The notes: generated by a model from the sequence alone, not told the origin. A DNA stretch of 64,000 nt from Macrostomum lignano (GCA_002269645.1 NIVC01003982.1:2503-66502), one strand, 5' to 3'; counted from the stretch's first letter, positions 1 through 12,965 are shown. Numbers and translations are program-made.

Positions 1-1004
1 GCAGAAGGTGTCCAAGCAACTGAGAGCAAGATTGCGGCGGTCCAGAGCTTCAAGGAGCCCGAGACAATCGGTCAGTTGCGCTCGTTCTTGGGCCTGGTCA
101 ATTTCCTGGCCGTGTTCACACGCCAGCTACCAAAGGAAGCCGAGCCGCTGAGGCGCCTGACGAGAAAAGGAGTTGAATGGGACTGGAGTGCAGAGCAAGC
201 AGGCGCGTTCAAACGATTGAAGAGCAGCATTGCGACCCCAGCGGTCCTCGCCTTCTTCGACAGACGACTTCGCACGAGCTAATCGTCGACGCACGCGACC
301 CATCGGGCTAGGCGCCATCCTGGCGCAGGTGCAGAACGACGGAAGCCTGCGGCCCGTGGCGTATGCAAGCCGAACCCTCTCGAATGTCGAGCGGCGATAT
401 TCCCAGACTGAGAAAGAAGCACTGGCTGTAAAGTTCGGCTGCCTAAAATTTGAACACTATCTTGTCGGAGCACCCGACCACAAGCCGTTAACCTCAATGC
501 TCGCGATGGGATCTAGACCGCCACCCCGAATCGAGAGAATGGCGTTGCGAATTCAGCACCTGACGTTCCGCATCGAGTACCAGCCGGGCGCCTCAAATGC
601 AGCCGAGGTGCTGCTCAGCAGGAAGCCGTTACCAACTCTAGGCAAGAACATTGGCGAGGAGTTAGACGAGGCTTGCATCAACGCCGTGCTGTTGGCGGCC
701 GTGCCGAACGCGCTGTTGCTAGAGGACATTCGATCATACTCGAAGGACAATCTTGTCATCCACGCGGCGATAGCAGCGATGCAAGGCGGCCGGTGGGACA
801 CCTCCAGTTCCGAGATGAGGGCACTGCAAGCGTTGCGAGAGGAGTTGTCAGCATCAGATGGCATTCTACTACGGCAGAGACGGATCGTCGTCCCAGAGGT
901 TTTGCAACAGCGCATGCTCGAGCTGGCGCACAGGGGACACCAATGCGCGAGAAAGACACTCGACCGGCTCAGCACTAAGGTTTGGTGGCCCAGGATGGCA
1001 TCTC

Positions 1005-1371
1005 TTTACTTTTTTATTAGAGGCAGGGGGTTGTGTGCACCCTGGTACACTTTAAGCGACATAGGCACACAACCGGCGAGAGGCAGTACTGCCCATTCCG
1101 CCGACTCCCCTGAGCAGGCACACAAGCGCGCGATACGTACGTAGGCACACACTCACACAGGAGTGTACAGCGGCCCTAACTTTATTTTATCGTTAGGCAT
1201 GTACACTTCACTGCGCCTTGGGGGGGGGGGGTTGGCCTTCAAGGCCGTTAATTGCACGAGCAGAGCCAAGCCGAGATTCCAATTCAGCCCCAAATTAATG
1301 GGACTGCACTTGGAATCGAGCCTGGGTCGCTGGCACACCAGAGCCTGCGCTAGACCGCTGGGCTACGGCCC
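1005..1371 (-). mobile_element. tRNA-derived SINE, full-length copy inserted in Gypsy pol
   Basis: Minus strand starts GGGCCGTAGCCCAGCGG (A box) and GGCTCGATTCC (B-box-like) and ends in AATAAAAAAAGTAAA. 16-bp TSD CCCAGG(A/G)TGGCATCTC at 989-1004 and 1372-1387. Removing it restores WWPRMASQAEEFVRRC. Confidence 0.9.
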
Positions 1372-2756
1372 CCCAGGGTGGCATCTCAGGCGGAAGAGTT
1401 TGTCAGGCGCTGCTAGGCTCTATTCGAGCTACGCCACTGCAGCCCACGCCCATCCCAGAGGGCGCCTGGCTTTCAATCACAGAACTCCAATATGCAACAC
1501 TATGCTGCTGGTCTGCATAGATCGGTACTCCAGATTTCCAGAGGTGCAGTGCATGCAGACGACAACAGCGGAGGCGCTGATTCCTCGAATGCGCTCAATG
1601 TTTGCGCGATTTGGCATTCCACAAGAACTGGTAACCGACGACGGTCCGCCCTTCTCGTCAGCGGAGTTCGGGCGCTTCCTGGCCAGCTACGGCGTCAAGC
1701 TTATCATCCCGCTCTATCCAGCGGCCAACGGCATGATGGAGAGACTCAACCGATCAATCAACAAGGTCGTGCGAGTGGCAATCGATGAGAACAAGGACTG
1801 GAGAGCGGCGCTTGACGACTGGTTGATGGCGTACCGAAACACCCCACATGCGGCCACGGGGCGCTCGCCAGCGGAGCTGCTGATGGGTTGCCGCCCAAAT
1901 GACACCATCCCAGCCATCAAGCCGTCTCAGCGAGTCAGAATTAACGAGCAGCAGCTGCGTCAAACCGATGCCAACGTCAAGGCGACAATGAAATGACACG
2001 CAGACCCAAAGCGTAGGCCGCGCAGCTGCGGGATCCGGGTCGGCGAAGTCGTCCTGCGGCGTCGCGTCGGAGCTCGAAAGGCACAGACCCCATGGAGAGT
2101 CGAACGAGTGTCTGGAAACTCCCTAAAGCTGCCCCGCGACGGCGCTTCCTGCTGGCGTCATTGCACAGCCGTCAAGCTGGTCACCCCAGATCCGATCTCG
2201 GACGCTCCGCCAGTGACAACGGCCGGCGCCCTTCCTGGAGATCTGGAGACTCGAGAGGGCCGCTGGCGACGCGACCGCATCCTCGTGCGGCGAAGTGCGG
2301 TGACAAGCAGTACAAGTGATTTGAACTGTCAATTTCTGTGAACAGCTGTCAATATCTATGAACTGTCAATTTCTGTGAACAGCTGTCAATATCTATGAAC
2401 TGTCAATTTGTTTAAATCTTTTTTGTGACGTCGACATTTCAACTTTTAGGATCCAATATTCGTGTTTTTATTCCTCCATTACTCGTACAGTAATCCTCGA
2501 GTTTTATTGTTCTGTTGTTGAATTAACGAACGCAGAAACAAGATAGATAATTATCCGGGCGCTCAGTGGCACCAAAAGAAGGGGTTGGCCAATAGGAGGG
2601 CGGCTCGTATATTTATGCACGCGGGGAAGGAAAGTTCTAGAAAGACCGGGGAAGGAAACTTCTGGAACTATGCGTAAACAAGTCCGCGGTGGAAGTTTCT
2701 AGAAACGCTGTCCCCGAACTACCCCTACGCATCGCATGCCTTTGCAATACACAACA

Positions 2757-2771
2757 TTCTTCCCCTCCTTC
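2757..2771 (-). promoter_or_regulatory. Polypurine tract of the deleted LTR element
   Basis: GAAGGAGGGGAAGAA immediately before the 3' LTR on the minus strand. Confidence 0.85.
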
Positions 2772-2807
2772 AAGGAGTCCAACAGTCCCCAAGCTTCACT
2801 TTAATCA

Positions 2808-3540
2808 GTCCCAGCGGCAGTTCATGAAGCGTATCGGCGGGTGCCTGGCTCGCTCAGATCGGCGGGGCGCTGCTGTTCTCGCCGGAGGCTCCGCCGCCGG
2901 TGCCGCCGGTGCCGCCGGTGCCGCCGTGCCGGCTCCGGTCGTTGGCGCCGAGTCCACCAGTGGGTCGAACCGCTCTCTCGGCTGCGCCGGGTGCGGCGTT
3001 CGGATCAGCCGCTGCTGGTTCCATCTGGTGCCGTCGCTGAGCTCGACCGCGTGGTGTCCCGCCTGACGGAGCACTTGTAGTGGCCGTGAGAGGCGGGTAC
3101 CCAGCTTGCCCTTCTTGGTGGGCCGTCGGATTCTCACCCACTCGCCGGGGTGGAACGTCTCGGGGCGGGCCCTTCGCCTGGCATCGGTGTAGGCCTTGAT
3201 CCGCTGCTGCCGCGCCTCGATTTGCTGCCGCAGTGCCTGAGGCGTCGCCTCGGTCGTTGTCATTCCCCCGCCGGGAGACAGCATGGTGATCGCGGTGCGC
3301 CACTTCCGACCCAGCATGAGCTCGGCCGGTGACTTGCCCGTCAGGCTGTGCTTGGAGCTCCGGTAGGCAGACAAGAAGTTGGTCACGGCGTCTTGAAACG
3401 GCCTGTTCTCCACCATGGCCGCTCTGATGCTGGCGAGTAGCGACCGATTGAGACGCTCCGTCTGGCCGTTGGTCTGCGGATGGTAGAGGCTGGTCTTGAC
3501 GATGCCCTGCTCGGCCAGGAAGTCCGAGAACTCGCTCGAT
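2808..3540 (-). pseudogene. Integrase C-terminal remnant of the deleted LTR element
   Basis: SSEFSDFLAEQG..YHPQTNGQTERLNRSL..FLSAYRSSKHSLTGKSPAELMLGR; the N-terminal integrase part is missing. Confidence 0.88.
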
Positions 3541-4920
3541 GATGCCGTCCTTCTCCATCTTGTCGAGTTCGGCATCGACCTGCTCCTGTCGCGTGAGGGG
3601 CAGGCGGCGGAGTGGCTGCTGGACGGGTCGCGCTGCTGGGTCGACCTTGGGCTGGTGCACAGCGCCGGCGCAGCATCCTATCGCACCGCTGAAGGTCGTT
3701 GGGTACCGCGCCTGCAAGTCCGCCGTCAAGTCGCTGACCTCCGCGATTCCGGGCGGCTGCCCGCTAAGGTCGACTCGGAAGCCCAGCTTCTCCATCAGGT
3801 CTCTACCGACGATGTTGTCGCCGCCTGGCGCAACGAAGAACCGGTGCTGCATCGCCTTGTCGCCGTAGCGCACCTCCAGCTCGGTGACACCACTTAGCTG
3901 GATCGGCAGTCCGCCGTAGGCACGCAGCTTCGTCGTGGTGGGAGAGGTGACTGCACCTGAGATCCGGTCGGCGGTCTGTCGGGACAGCAGCGATACCCTT
4001 GCGCCGCAGTCCACCATCAGGCTGACAGCGGTCCTGTCCGGTCCGAGTTCCAGCGTCGCCCGGACCTCCCTGTCGCCACCCGGCACTGCGTAGACTGTGA
4101 TCACCTCGTCCGCGGCATTGACAGCAGCCTGCTGGCTGCGACAGCAACTCCGGAAGTGGTTCTTCTTGCCACAGGTGTCGCAGGTCTTGCCCTTGGCCGG
4201 ACAGGGGGTCGTCGGTCCGTGGTCTCGCCCACAGCGTGTGCAGGCGCCGCCGGGTTTGGCTGTCCTGCCAGCTGGTGCTGGGCGGTGCCTCCCCTTTGCA
4301 GCGACCTTCTGGCCCCTCGGCTGTCGGATCGATTGGACGGCTGCCGTGCTCGAGGTTGATGGCGCCATCGCCTTGGCTTCTTTGGAGGCTTCCTCGATGG
4401 AGACCGCGATGCTGAGTGCTTTCGCCAGGTTGAGGTCCTCCACCTTCTCCGTCAGCAGCCTCTCTCGGATTCTGGGGTTACTGGTCTTCTCAGCCAGCTG
4501 GTCTCTGATGAGATCGTCCTGTATCGCGCCGTAGTTGCACAGCTCCGTCAGCTCCCTCAGGGCTGCCACGAAGGTCTTGACGTCCTCGCCGGGTAGCTGC
4601 TGGCGCTGGCGGAAGCGATATCTGGCTACCATCACGTTGGGCTTCTCGCCGAAGATCTTCTCGAGCTCCGCCTTAGTTGCTGCGAACGTGTCGTTCTCCT
4701 TGATTGCTTGGCGTGCTCGAGCAACCCGCTGACCTTCAAATCCAAGCAGATGGAGCAGAAGGCTCCTCTTCAGCGGTTTCGCCTCTTCCTTCCCTTCGGG
4801 CTCCTTGAATTGGGCCGCCTCGTAATAAAATTCAAAGGCCTCAATCCATCGGCTCCATGGTACTGTCGGTGATCCGCAGTTCGCCAGGAAGGGCGTGGGT
4901 GCAGGGATGCTAGCCGCCAT
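3530..4920 (-). CDS. Gag-protease of the deleted LTR element (open up to the deletion junction)
   Basis: Within ORF 2854-4932: PWSRWIEAFEFYY, CNYGAIQDDLIRDQL, CTRCGRDH..C..CDTCGKKNH, LMVDCGARVS, ELDKMEKDGIIERV. The downstream frame after the junction is non-homologous read-through. Confidence 0.85.
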
Positions 4921-4931
4921 CCTCGTCGCCA
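4917..4931 (-). promoter_or_regulatory. Primer binding site complementary to tRNA-Ser(GCU) 3' end
   Basis: Minus strand TGGCGACGAGGATGG lies 1 nt inside the 5' LTR. It matches the recalled eukaryotic tRNA-Ser(GCU) end CCATCCTCGTCG+CCA. The gag ATG overlaps it. Confidence 0.8.
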
Positions 4932-5690
4932 ATGTTCTGTTGTTGAATTAACGAACGCAGAAACAAGATAGATAATTATCCGGGCGCTCAGTGGCACCAA
5001 AAGAAGGGGTTGGTCAATAGGAGGGCGGCTCGTATATTTATGCACGCGGGGAAGGAAAGTTCTAGAAAGACCGGGGAAGGAAACTTCTGGAACTATGCGT
5101 AAACAAGTCCGCGGTGGAAGTTTCTAGAAACGCTGTCCCCGAACTACCCCTACGCATCGCATGCCTTTGCAATACACAACATTTATATCTGCCCTATCGT
5201 TTCATTTCTGTGAAAAGAGGAGAGATGTGAGTCAGGGTCGCATGTGTACTTTACTTATGTACATCGGGCCACGCCCAATCAATATGAATCGGAGGGGTGC
5301 TGCACCCCAAATATATATTCACTGGTTGCGGGCTCTGGTGAGAGCCGTACTATTTTCCACCTCGCGCTAACCGTCTGAGTTTACTCACTACAACGTAGGC
5401 AGCTACAGCACACAGCATCCAGCATGTACGAGTAGTTGCCATGGCTACCTATGGAGAAAGTTAAATATGGCAAAAGGTCGCCTGAGAAATGTGCCAATAG
5501 GACTAATGAATCAAATATTCATTTCATACTTTTAATACTTGAATATTTTCAAGTATAAAAAGTGTACATGTAGGCTAGGTACATGCAACTTCACTTCACT
5601 GGAAAGTACTTCAGGTACTTAATTTTTAATTTTGATCTGCAAATGTGTCAAAGACAAACTGGAATTACATGTATTGATCGCTACTAACAG

Positions 5691-5852
5691 CCGTGGCGGA
5701 TCTAGAAGTTCATTTTGGTGGGGGGCGGTCCAAGTTTGTGGCACCAACTCGAGTATGAGAAGCGCCAAATTTTAAGCTAAGGGCGCTTAAAGGGCGCAAT
5801 ATGCTTCATCAAGCTGTTTCGGCCCCCTCCCTCCCCCCTAAATCCGCCTCTG
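5691..5852. mobile_element. hAT-type MITE (162 bp)
   Basis: Ends CCGTGGCGGATCTAG and CTAAATCCGCCTCTG (imperfect TIR); exact 8-bp TSD ACTAACAG at 5683-5690 and 5853-5860. Confidence 0.8.
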
Positions 5853-7077
5853 ACTAACAGCATTTGCATTGTTGCTATATTTATTCCTTGCTTTTGTTTA
5901 CTTACCTTATTATTGCATTCTATAGGCATGACAAACTAGTTACTAGTTAAATTGGCAAATGGCAAGCGTAGGAAATTGCTTCTAAAACGTTGCATTTCGT
6001 TTGGCTCCATGTTTAAAGGGAACTAAGCCCGCCAGTCTGAGTACATTCTATGTGTACGCAGCCCTGTGTACATGCCGCGGGGTATGGGGGTTTCTATTTT
6101 TAGCACATAAGCGAAAAGCACGATATTGCAGGCAGATTTGAGAAAGAAAAATTCAGAACGATGTGGCTCGGGACAGGGGGGCAGGCGGGCAGCTTTGGGT
6201 GTAATGGATTGCAATAAAATAGAGTAGATTGTAAAGTAGATTGCTATTGCCATTGGTCCTGACACTAACTAGACCTACTAAAAATGTTAAACGTTTATTG
6301 ATTTTTATTTAGTAGACACTTTCCATAGGATCGAATGTCTCCGTTTAAAACAAGAAAATATTTATTCTTATTTTTATACTTTACGAAGCCGGACACTTTT
6401 TCGGTAATATATTAAATTCTAATAAAAATTAAACTTCGAAGGTCCTTTTAGGTTAAAGAAATGCATCATCTATCCTTGTTATAAATACAGTGGTGATATC
6501 AAATCTACGGAAACAAATAGCTGTACGAAATTAAAACGAAAACGAAAACTCGAATGCGAGGGCAGCTTAGCTTGAAAGCTTTTTTTGTAAAAGACTGCCA
6601 TTGCTTTTACTGAATTCGAAAATTCCAAGGTGGGAGTGACGAGTGAGGTATAACTTTGAACATGACAGATTTTTGCAGCCTTGTTAGTCAGAGCGGGGTT
6701 AGAGGGCAATCCGTGTTTTTACGCTCGTATGACCTTCAATTTTAATGTACACTCAAATGTACGTACCCTCTGTCGGGGACAGGGGGAAAGGAAACCCCTG
6801 GCAAGTTGTAGCGGTAAATAAAAGCGGCGCCAGATTCATCCACAGAATTACCATGGAATTTCCGTGGAATAGCCAGATAGATTCGTCAGTTCCACGTTCA
6901 ACGTGCGTAAGACTTACCAGCTATAAATATGACAAAGTTTTAGCACCCAGCTGCGACCTTGCGAGTGCAATTTTGACCTCAAATTATTCAACAAAGTTTG
7001 GCTAACTAGAACTAGCTTCGATTCTCAGGTTTTTAGTATTATTAAGTATTATAAATACAACGCAAGTAATAATAAAA

Positions 7078-9550
7078 ATGGAGTACGATGGTATCCAGCA
7101 TCGATCAGATGAAGCAGTGCGTTACAACGTCAGGCCGTGTTATCAAAAATGTCCAGCAGATCCGTTCCGCCGATCCAGCTCCAGCAGCAGCAGCGACCGA
7201 GGCTTTGAATCGTCCAACGAATCGGACAATGACAATTGCAGCAACACATTGTCATCGACTGCGAAGTTCACGGAGGAGAAGCATACCAATGAGAAGCATT
7301 GGAAGCAATTGGCTTTGAGTATAGTAGCTCTGAATGAGACCGGCAAACTCTACAGCAGTCTCTTTGTTGCTCAACTAATTAACCATCTGACCTTCAATCG
7401 TCAGCAGCTGAACGATCTCGGTTGCAGAACCAAACAACTTGTTGAGTCTTTCGAAAAAATCCAACTTGAAGAAGGCAAACACGATTCAACCAATAGATGC
7501 TTAACAATAGCTCTGCTTAATCGCGCTGATTGCTTTGAGAAGCAGCAAAATCAGGTATTATCAAGCAATGGTGCCAATAAAACAACAAATCAATGGCGCC
7601 CATGCCCCCGGCTCAGACACTATCGCCAACAGCAGCAGCAACAGCAGCAGCAGGTGTGCATCCTGCAGTTCTCCGACAGGCCGTTCAACGCCGACCAGCA
7701 AGGCCCGGTCTGTGGCGTGCCGCAGAGTCGGGCCGACATGCACAGCGAAGCCAACCGGCTGGCGACTTTCGAGGACGCCGGCGAAGCGACCTGCTGGACT
7801 ACGACGGACATCGGCGAGGATGTCAGTCGCGCCCTGGCTCGGGCCGGTTGGTTTCGCAGCAACCGAGAGGGCGGCCTCCGATGCGCCTTCTGCTACGGCA
7901 ATGTTGATGCAGCAGCAGCCAGGCGCAGTTTGGCAAGTTATGCTGGCGGCGACCGCACATTCTGGCCGATGCAGCTGCACCAGTACCGGTTTGGCACCTG
8001 CCCGATGGTGCTGCAGCTGGCTGTTGGCAACCGGCCGCTGCCTGAGGAGGATCGAGGTGAGGGCCATTGCCGGAAAAGGAGGCAGAAAAATGGGGGGAAC
8101 GAGGGGAAAACGAGGGGATGAAGAGGAGAAAAGGAGGGGGAAGAGAGGGGAAATGAGGGGAAGAGAGGGGAAAGGAGGGAAGAGAGGGGCAAAGACTGGA
8201 AGAGAAGTGGAAGATTAGGATCTACAAGAGTGTGAACGGAATGTAAAGGGAAGGTACAGAAAAAAGTATTTCAATTGAAATGCAGTGAAAATGTAAACTA
8301 TAATTAGTTAGCTACATACATGTAGCTGTTGGCCCATTGTCCCAATTGCAGAAGCCAGTGAGCCCAAGCCACTCAGAGCTCCCGTCGCCTGCAGTGAAGA
8401 CAACGATCCCAGCAGCAGCTCAGGCAGCTGGACTACAGAGAACGCAGCTTCATCCACCGTAGCGCCATCATCCGAGTCAGAAGCCAGACACCAACTCCGT
8501 CGTCGTCCGGGCCTTCCCACCGCTACCCTGGCCGCTGCCCGGTCCGCCTGCGATCCCAGAGCCGACAGCAACCTCTCCCTGCTAGAGCGAAGCCTGCTGA
8601 TTCAGAAAAACTCCTGCGATGTTGCTGTGGAGACCTACCATCCGCTCTGCTATCCGGAGATGAGCGACCCCGCTGAGCGAGAAGCCACTCTGACTGCCAC
8701 TGCCGGTCAGCTGACCTTGAACTCCTCCTCATCAGCCGTAGTTCCGCTTCCAGCCAGCCTCCTGGCTCAGGCGGGCTTCTTTCAATTGTCTGGCACAGAC
8801 TGCCTGGCCTGCTACTGGTGCGGCGTCAATCTGAGACACTGGCTTCCCGACGATGAGCCCTGGATCGAGCACGCCAGATGGTCGCCTCGCTGTTGTCACC
8901 TCCTGCTAGAACGGGGCGCCGACTTCGTTCTGTCTTCCAGACGCCTGCATCCGCCGTACGTAACGCCGCTTGACGAAGTCTCAGTCAGCTCAATGACTTC
9001 TGTTTCTTCGTCTTCCACAAGTTCGAAAACAACTCCGGTTGGTTCGGCTGCAAAGTCAGCCAAGGCCGATCCGCCATCCGTCTGCATCGACTATCGTATT
9101 GAACTCCGTCAGCTGCGCTCTCGGGACGACACCTTCATAGTGCTGCTGGCTCGCCAACTCCTCGACGGCGGATATTGTCGGGACGTCAGGACGGCAGTGG
9201 CGGAGAAGTTGAGAAACACCGGAGCAGACTTCACCTCCGGCCAGCTGCTGCTGAGCGCTGTCATGGACGTTCGTCAGCGTCGAGAGCGGCTCGGACTGGA
9301 CAGCGCCCAGTATCACGACCTGCGCATGTCCGAGCTGGACGACATCACCCTGGCCGATGCTGAACATCTCAACAGCGACGCCGAGATAGATTGGCGAGCC
9401 TGCAAAGTGTGCATGGACCGCCGGATCAATGTCACCCTGATGGACTGCGGCCACTTCTGCTGCTGTTCGAACTGTTCGAGATCGCTGAGCGACTGTCCCG
9501 TGTGCAGAGCGCCGATCCGAGCTACCCTGCTCATCCGGCCAGACAGTTAG
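7078..9550 (+). CDS. Inhibitor of apoptosis (IAP) E3 ligase: BIR-BIR-UBA-like-RING; join(7078..8056,8352..9550)
   Basis: BIR1: RLATF..LARAGW..CAFC..H..C. BIR2: LAQAGFF..CYWCGVNLRHW..DEPWIEHARWSPRC. Segment GYCRDVRTAVAEKLRNTGADFTSGQLLLSAV resembles the cIAP UBA. C-terminal RING: CKVCMDR..CGHFCCC..C..CPVCR. The phase-1 GT-AG intron joins the two frames. The true N-terminus is uncertain. Confidence 0.92.
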
Positions 9551-9754
9551 AGTTCGGCTGAGCTGTTGTTAGCAAAAAACTCAAGTGTGTGTTCGCTACT
9601 AGTACTACTTGTAATATTTAGACGTTAAGTACAATAGTAAGTGACTTACAAGCGCATTCGCATTTAAAAAAAATAAAATTATACTGCTTGGAGCCAAAAC
9701 ATCCAAAGAATTTTCAGTATTTGTTTGTAACTCTTGACCAGATAATTGCCTAAT

Positions 9755-10527
<773 letters not shown>

Positions 10528-11015
10528 TATTTTTCTATTCTTTAGCAGCCCTTTTGTGCCGTTTTAAGTTCCCAGAAATGTAATAATTCTATCTCATAAG
10601 GAAAGAAGTGCTCAGCACTCGCGACAATGGGGCATCAGCAGGCAGGCATGGCTGCACTACAACGTAGTCAGATCACTTTGAAGGCACTCTGAAAATTCTA
10701 ATTGGCCGTGTAGCAGCGAAAAAGACTTCAGCTTCAGACAGACAAAGGACTGCTCGAGGTGCAAAGGGGAGTTCTTTTATGAATTTTTGAAAGCAACTTT
10801 TGAATTTAATGACAGATTTCGATCCGAAACTCCAAGGCTCATTACCCAACTCATTCTACCTTAAGTCAGTTACTGCACCGTATGCCCTCGTTAATTAAGA
10901 TAATTAGAAAAAATATTATATGAACCGGAAAACTCTAAGTTGGGTGTTTACAAATTTCAGAATTTTGTCAAAACTTTCTAGAAGTGCAAACTTTTTTATT
11001 AGAAAAATTCTTTAA

Positions 11016-11085
11016 GCAAGACACTTGATATGAACAAGACAAGACACTTGCTTCACTTCACCCAGCTGTAAAATGGGTGCCAGCA
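11016..11085 (+). mobile_element. CORE-SINE-like fragment (duplicate at about 16204-16273)
   Basis: GCAAGACACTT...CTTCACCCAGCTGTAAAATGGGTGCC resembles the recalled invertebrate CORE-SINE central domain (GCAAGACACTT..CACCCAGGTGTAAATGGGTACC). Confidence 0.5.
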
Positions 11086-11329
11086 TTAGCGACCCCACCC
11101 CCAGTCCTTGGACTGAACAGCCGTACGCAGCCTTCAGATGCGCCGCGCAACAGCTGCGGCTGAGCTGTCGGTTGCACATCTGCGCATTAGGTCAGGTGTA
11201 ATGAGAATGTGTATGTCTTTTTCAGTATTTCCGTGTTTGCTGGGTGTCAGGAGAGAGTTAATGAAAGTGCTAGGAGAGGGTCAATGAAAGAAAGAGTCAG
11301 AAGAGGGACAATGATAGTGTCAGGAGAGG

Positions 11330-11790
11330 GTCAATGAGGCTGTCAGGAGAGGGTTACTGAAGCTGTCAGGAAAGGGTTACTGAAGCTGTCAGGAGAGGGT
11401 TACTGAAGCTGTCAGGAGAGGGTTACTGAGGCTGTCAGGAGAGGGTTACTGAGGCTGTCAGGAGAGGGTTACTGAGGCTGTCAGGAGAGGGTTACTGAGG
11501 CTGTCAGGAGAGGGTTACTGAGGCTGTCAGGAGAGGGTTACTGAGGCTGTCAGGAGAGGGTTACTGAGGCTGTCAGGAGAGGGTTACTGAGGCTGTCAGG
11601 AGAGGGTTACTGAGGCTGTCAGGAGAGGGTTACTGAGGCTGTCAGGGAAGGGTTACTGAAGCTGTCAATAGAGATTTAATGAGGCTGTCAATAGAGGGTT
11701 AATGAGCCTGTCAAGAGAGGGTTAATGAGTCTGTCAGGAGAGGGTTAATGAGGCTGTCAAGAGAGGGTTACTGAGGCTGTCAGGAGAGGG
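11330..11790. repeat. 23-bp minisatellite ACTGAGGCTGTCAGGAGAGGGTT (duplicate at about 16518-16978)
   Basis: Tandem units seen directly. Confidence 0.95.
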
Positions 11791-12429
11791 TTGTCAATGA
11801 GGCTGTCAATATGTCAAGATGTACCGAATGAAAGGTGTCAGTGCACGTGTTAGCATAAAAGTTGGCAGTGCATGCTGCACGTTCAATGGGACAATTTCCG
11901 TTGCAATAATCAATAATTAGCATCTTTCTGCTAATTTCAAACAGAGGAAATCGGGACCCGTTCTTGATCTGTTTGGCTCATCCCTCTGTAGGGAATTCAT
12001 CCCAATCTATTCCAATTTTCTTTCACAAACCCGTGCGTTGCATTTTAAATTAAATTTCAGAATTTCAGATTTTCATAAAAGCTCAGGAAATTAAAAGCAA
12101 GTTACGCTCGTACACGCAGACTTCACTGACTTAATCAAAAAATAATTGTTGAACTCATTGAAGAAAGTCGGAGAAAGGTTTTCCGCTTTGCATTATTGCA
12201 AATTGGGGTATGATGTAATTAACGGCTACTGAGAGAATTGTCATAAATTTTGTCTACAAATGTTTGATTGACCTTAACATTTCGGCTGTTTAGTAGTCTG
12301 TGTGTGGAGCTAAGCTCAACAAAAAGTTATAAAAAATAGTTGCATTTGGTGGCGCTAAAATTATGCTGATCCCGATAAAATTAAAAAGAATCCGGAGAAT
12401 GTCGTCAAAAGAGTTCAGAAAGTAGCACC

Positions 12430-12965
12430 AGAACTCTGGAAATAGCGCCAAAACTCTGGAAATAGCGCCAAAACTCTGGAAATAGCGCCAAAACTCTGGA
12501 AATAGCGCCAAAACTCTGGAAATAGTGCCAAAAACAATCGGGATAACTGCTCCAAAAACTCATGGAATGGCGCTCAAAAGAATTCTGAAAATGGCGTCAG
12601 AACTAATGGAGAGAATAACGCCAAAAAAAACAATTTAGGGAATAGCACTAAAACTAATCCAGGAGAATGGCGCCAAACTAATCGAGAGAATGGCGCCAAA
12701 AAATCTGGAAAATGGCGCTAGAATTAATCAAGAGAGTGGCGCCAAAGAAACAATCGAGAGAATGGCACCAAAACCAATTGAAAGAATGGCGCGAAAAACA
12801 ATCAAGAGAATGGCGTCAAAAAAACGAATCGACAGAAAGGCGCCAAAAAATCCGGAAAATAGCGTCAAAAAGAGTTTAGAAAATGGCGCGAGTTCAAAAT
12901 CAGGCGCAAAAATTTCAAGACAATAACGCCAAAAAAATTTCAGAGAATGGCGCCAAAAAATTCCA
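12430..12965. repeat. 20-bp GCGCCAAAA-core minisatellite decaying into degenerate units (duplicate at about 17618-18130)
   Basis: AAATAGCGCCAAAACTCTGG repeated several times, then GAATGGCGCCAAAA variants. Confidence 0.9.

Larger units (their letters stand above)
2508..5181 (-). mobile_element. Internally deleted (RT/RNase H-less) Mag-type Gypsy LTR element with both LTRs
   Basis: 249-bp LTRs TGT...ACA at 2508-2756 and 4933-5181, with one mismatch seen. 5-bp TSD TTTAT. PBS and PPT present. Gag carries twin CCHC knuckles, followed by protease and the pre-RT segment, joined to the integrase C-terminal half. Confidence 0.95.
1..5392 (+). mobile_element. Decayed Ty3/Gypsy (Mag-like) LTR retrotransposon, 3' part: RT C-terminus, RNase H, integrase, PPT and probable 3' LTR; interrupted by a SINE and by a second LTR element
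   Basis: RSFLGLVNF..AFKRLK (RT end), RPVAYASRTLSNVERRYSQTEKEALAV (RNase H), H..WWPRM (integrase Zn region), LVTDDGPPF and ANGMMERLNRSI (integrase core). Frameshifts, small deletions and a stop show decay. The sequence resumes after the nested element with purine tract AAAAGAGGAGAGA (5213-5225) then TGTGAG at 5226; the LTR end near ACTACA 5392 is tentative. Confidence 0.88.

Noticed and set aside
3541-3897. Plus-strand ORFs over the LTR element
   Set aside because: Antisense shadows of GC-rich gag-pol.
6855-6863. GGAATTTCC kappaB-like site upstream of the IAP
   Set aside because: A single 9-mer is expected by chance, and the presence of NF-kB in this organism is unknown.
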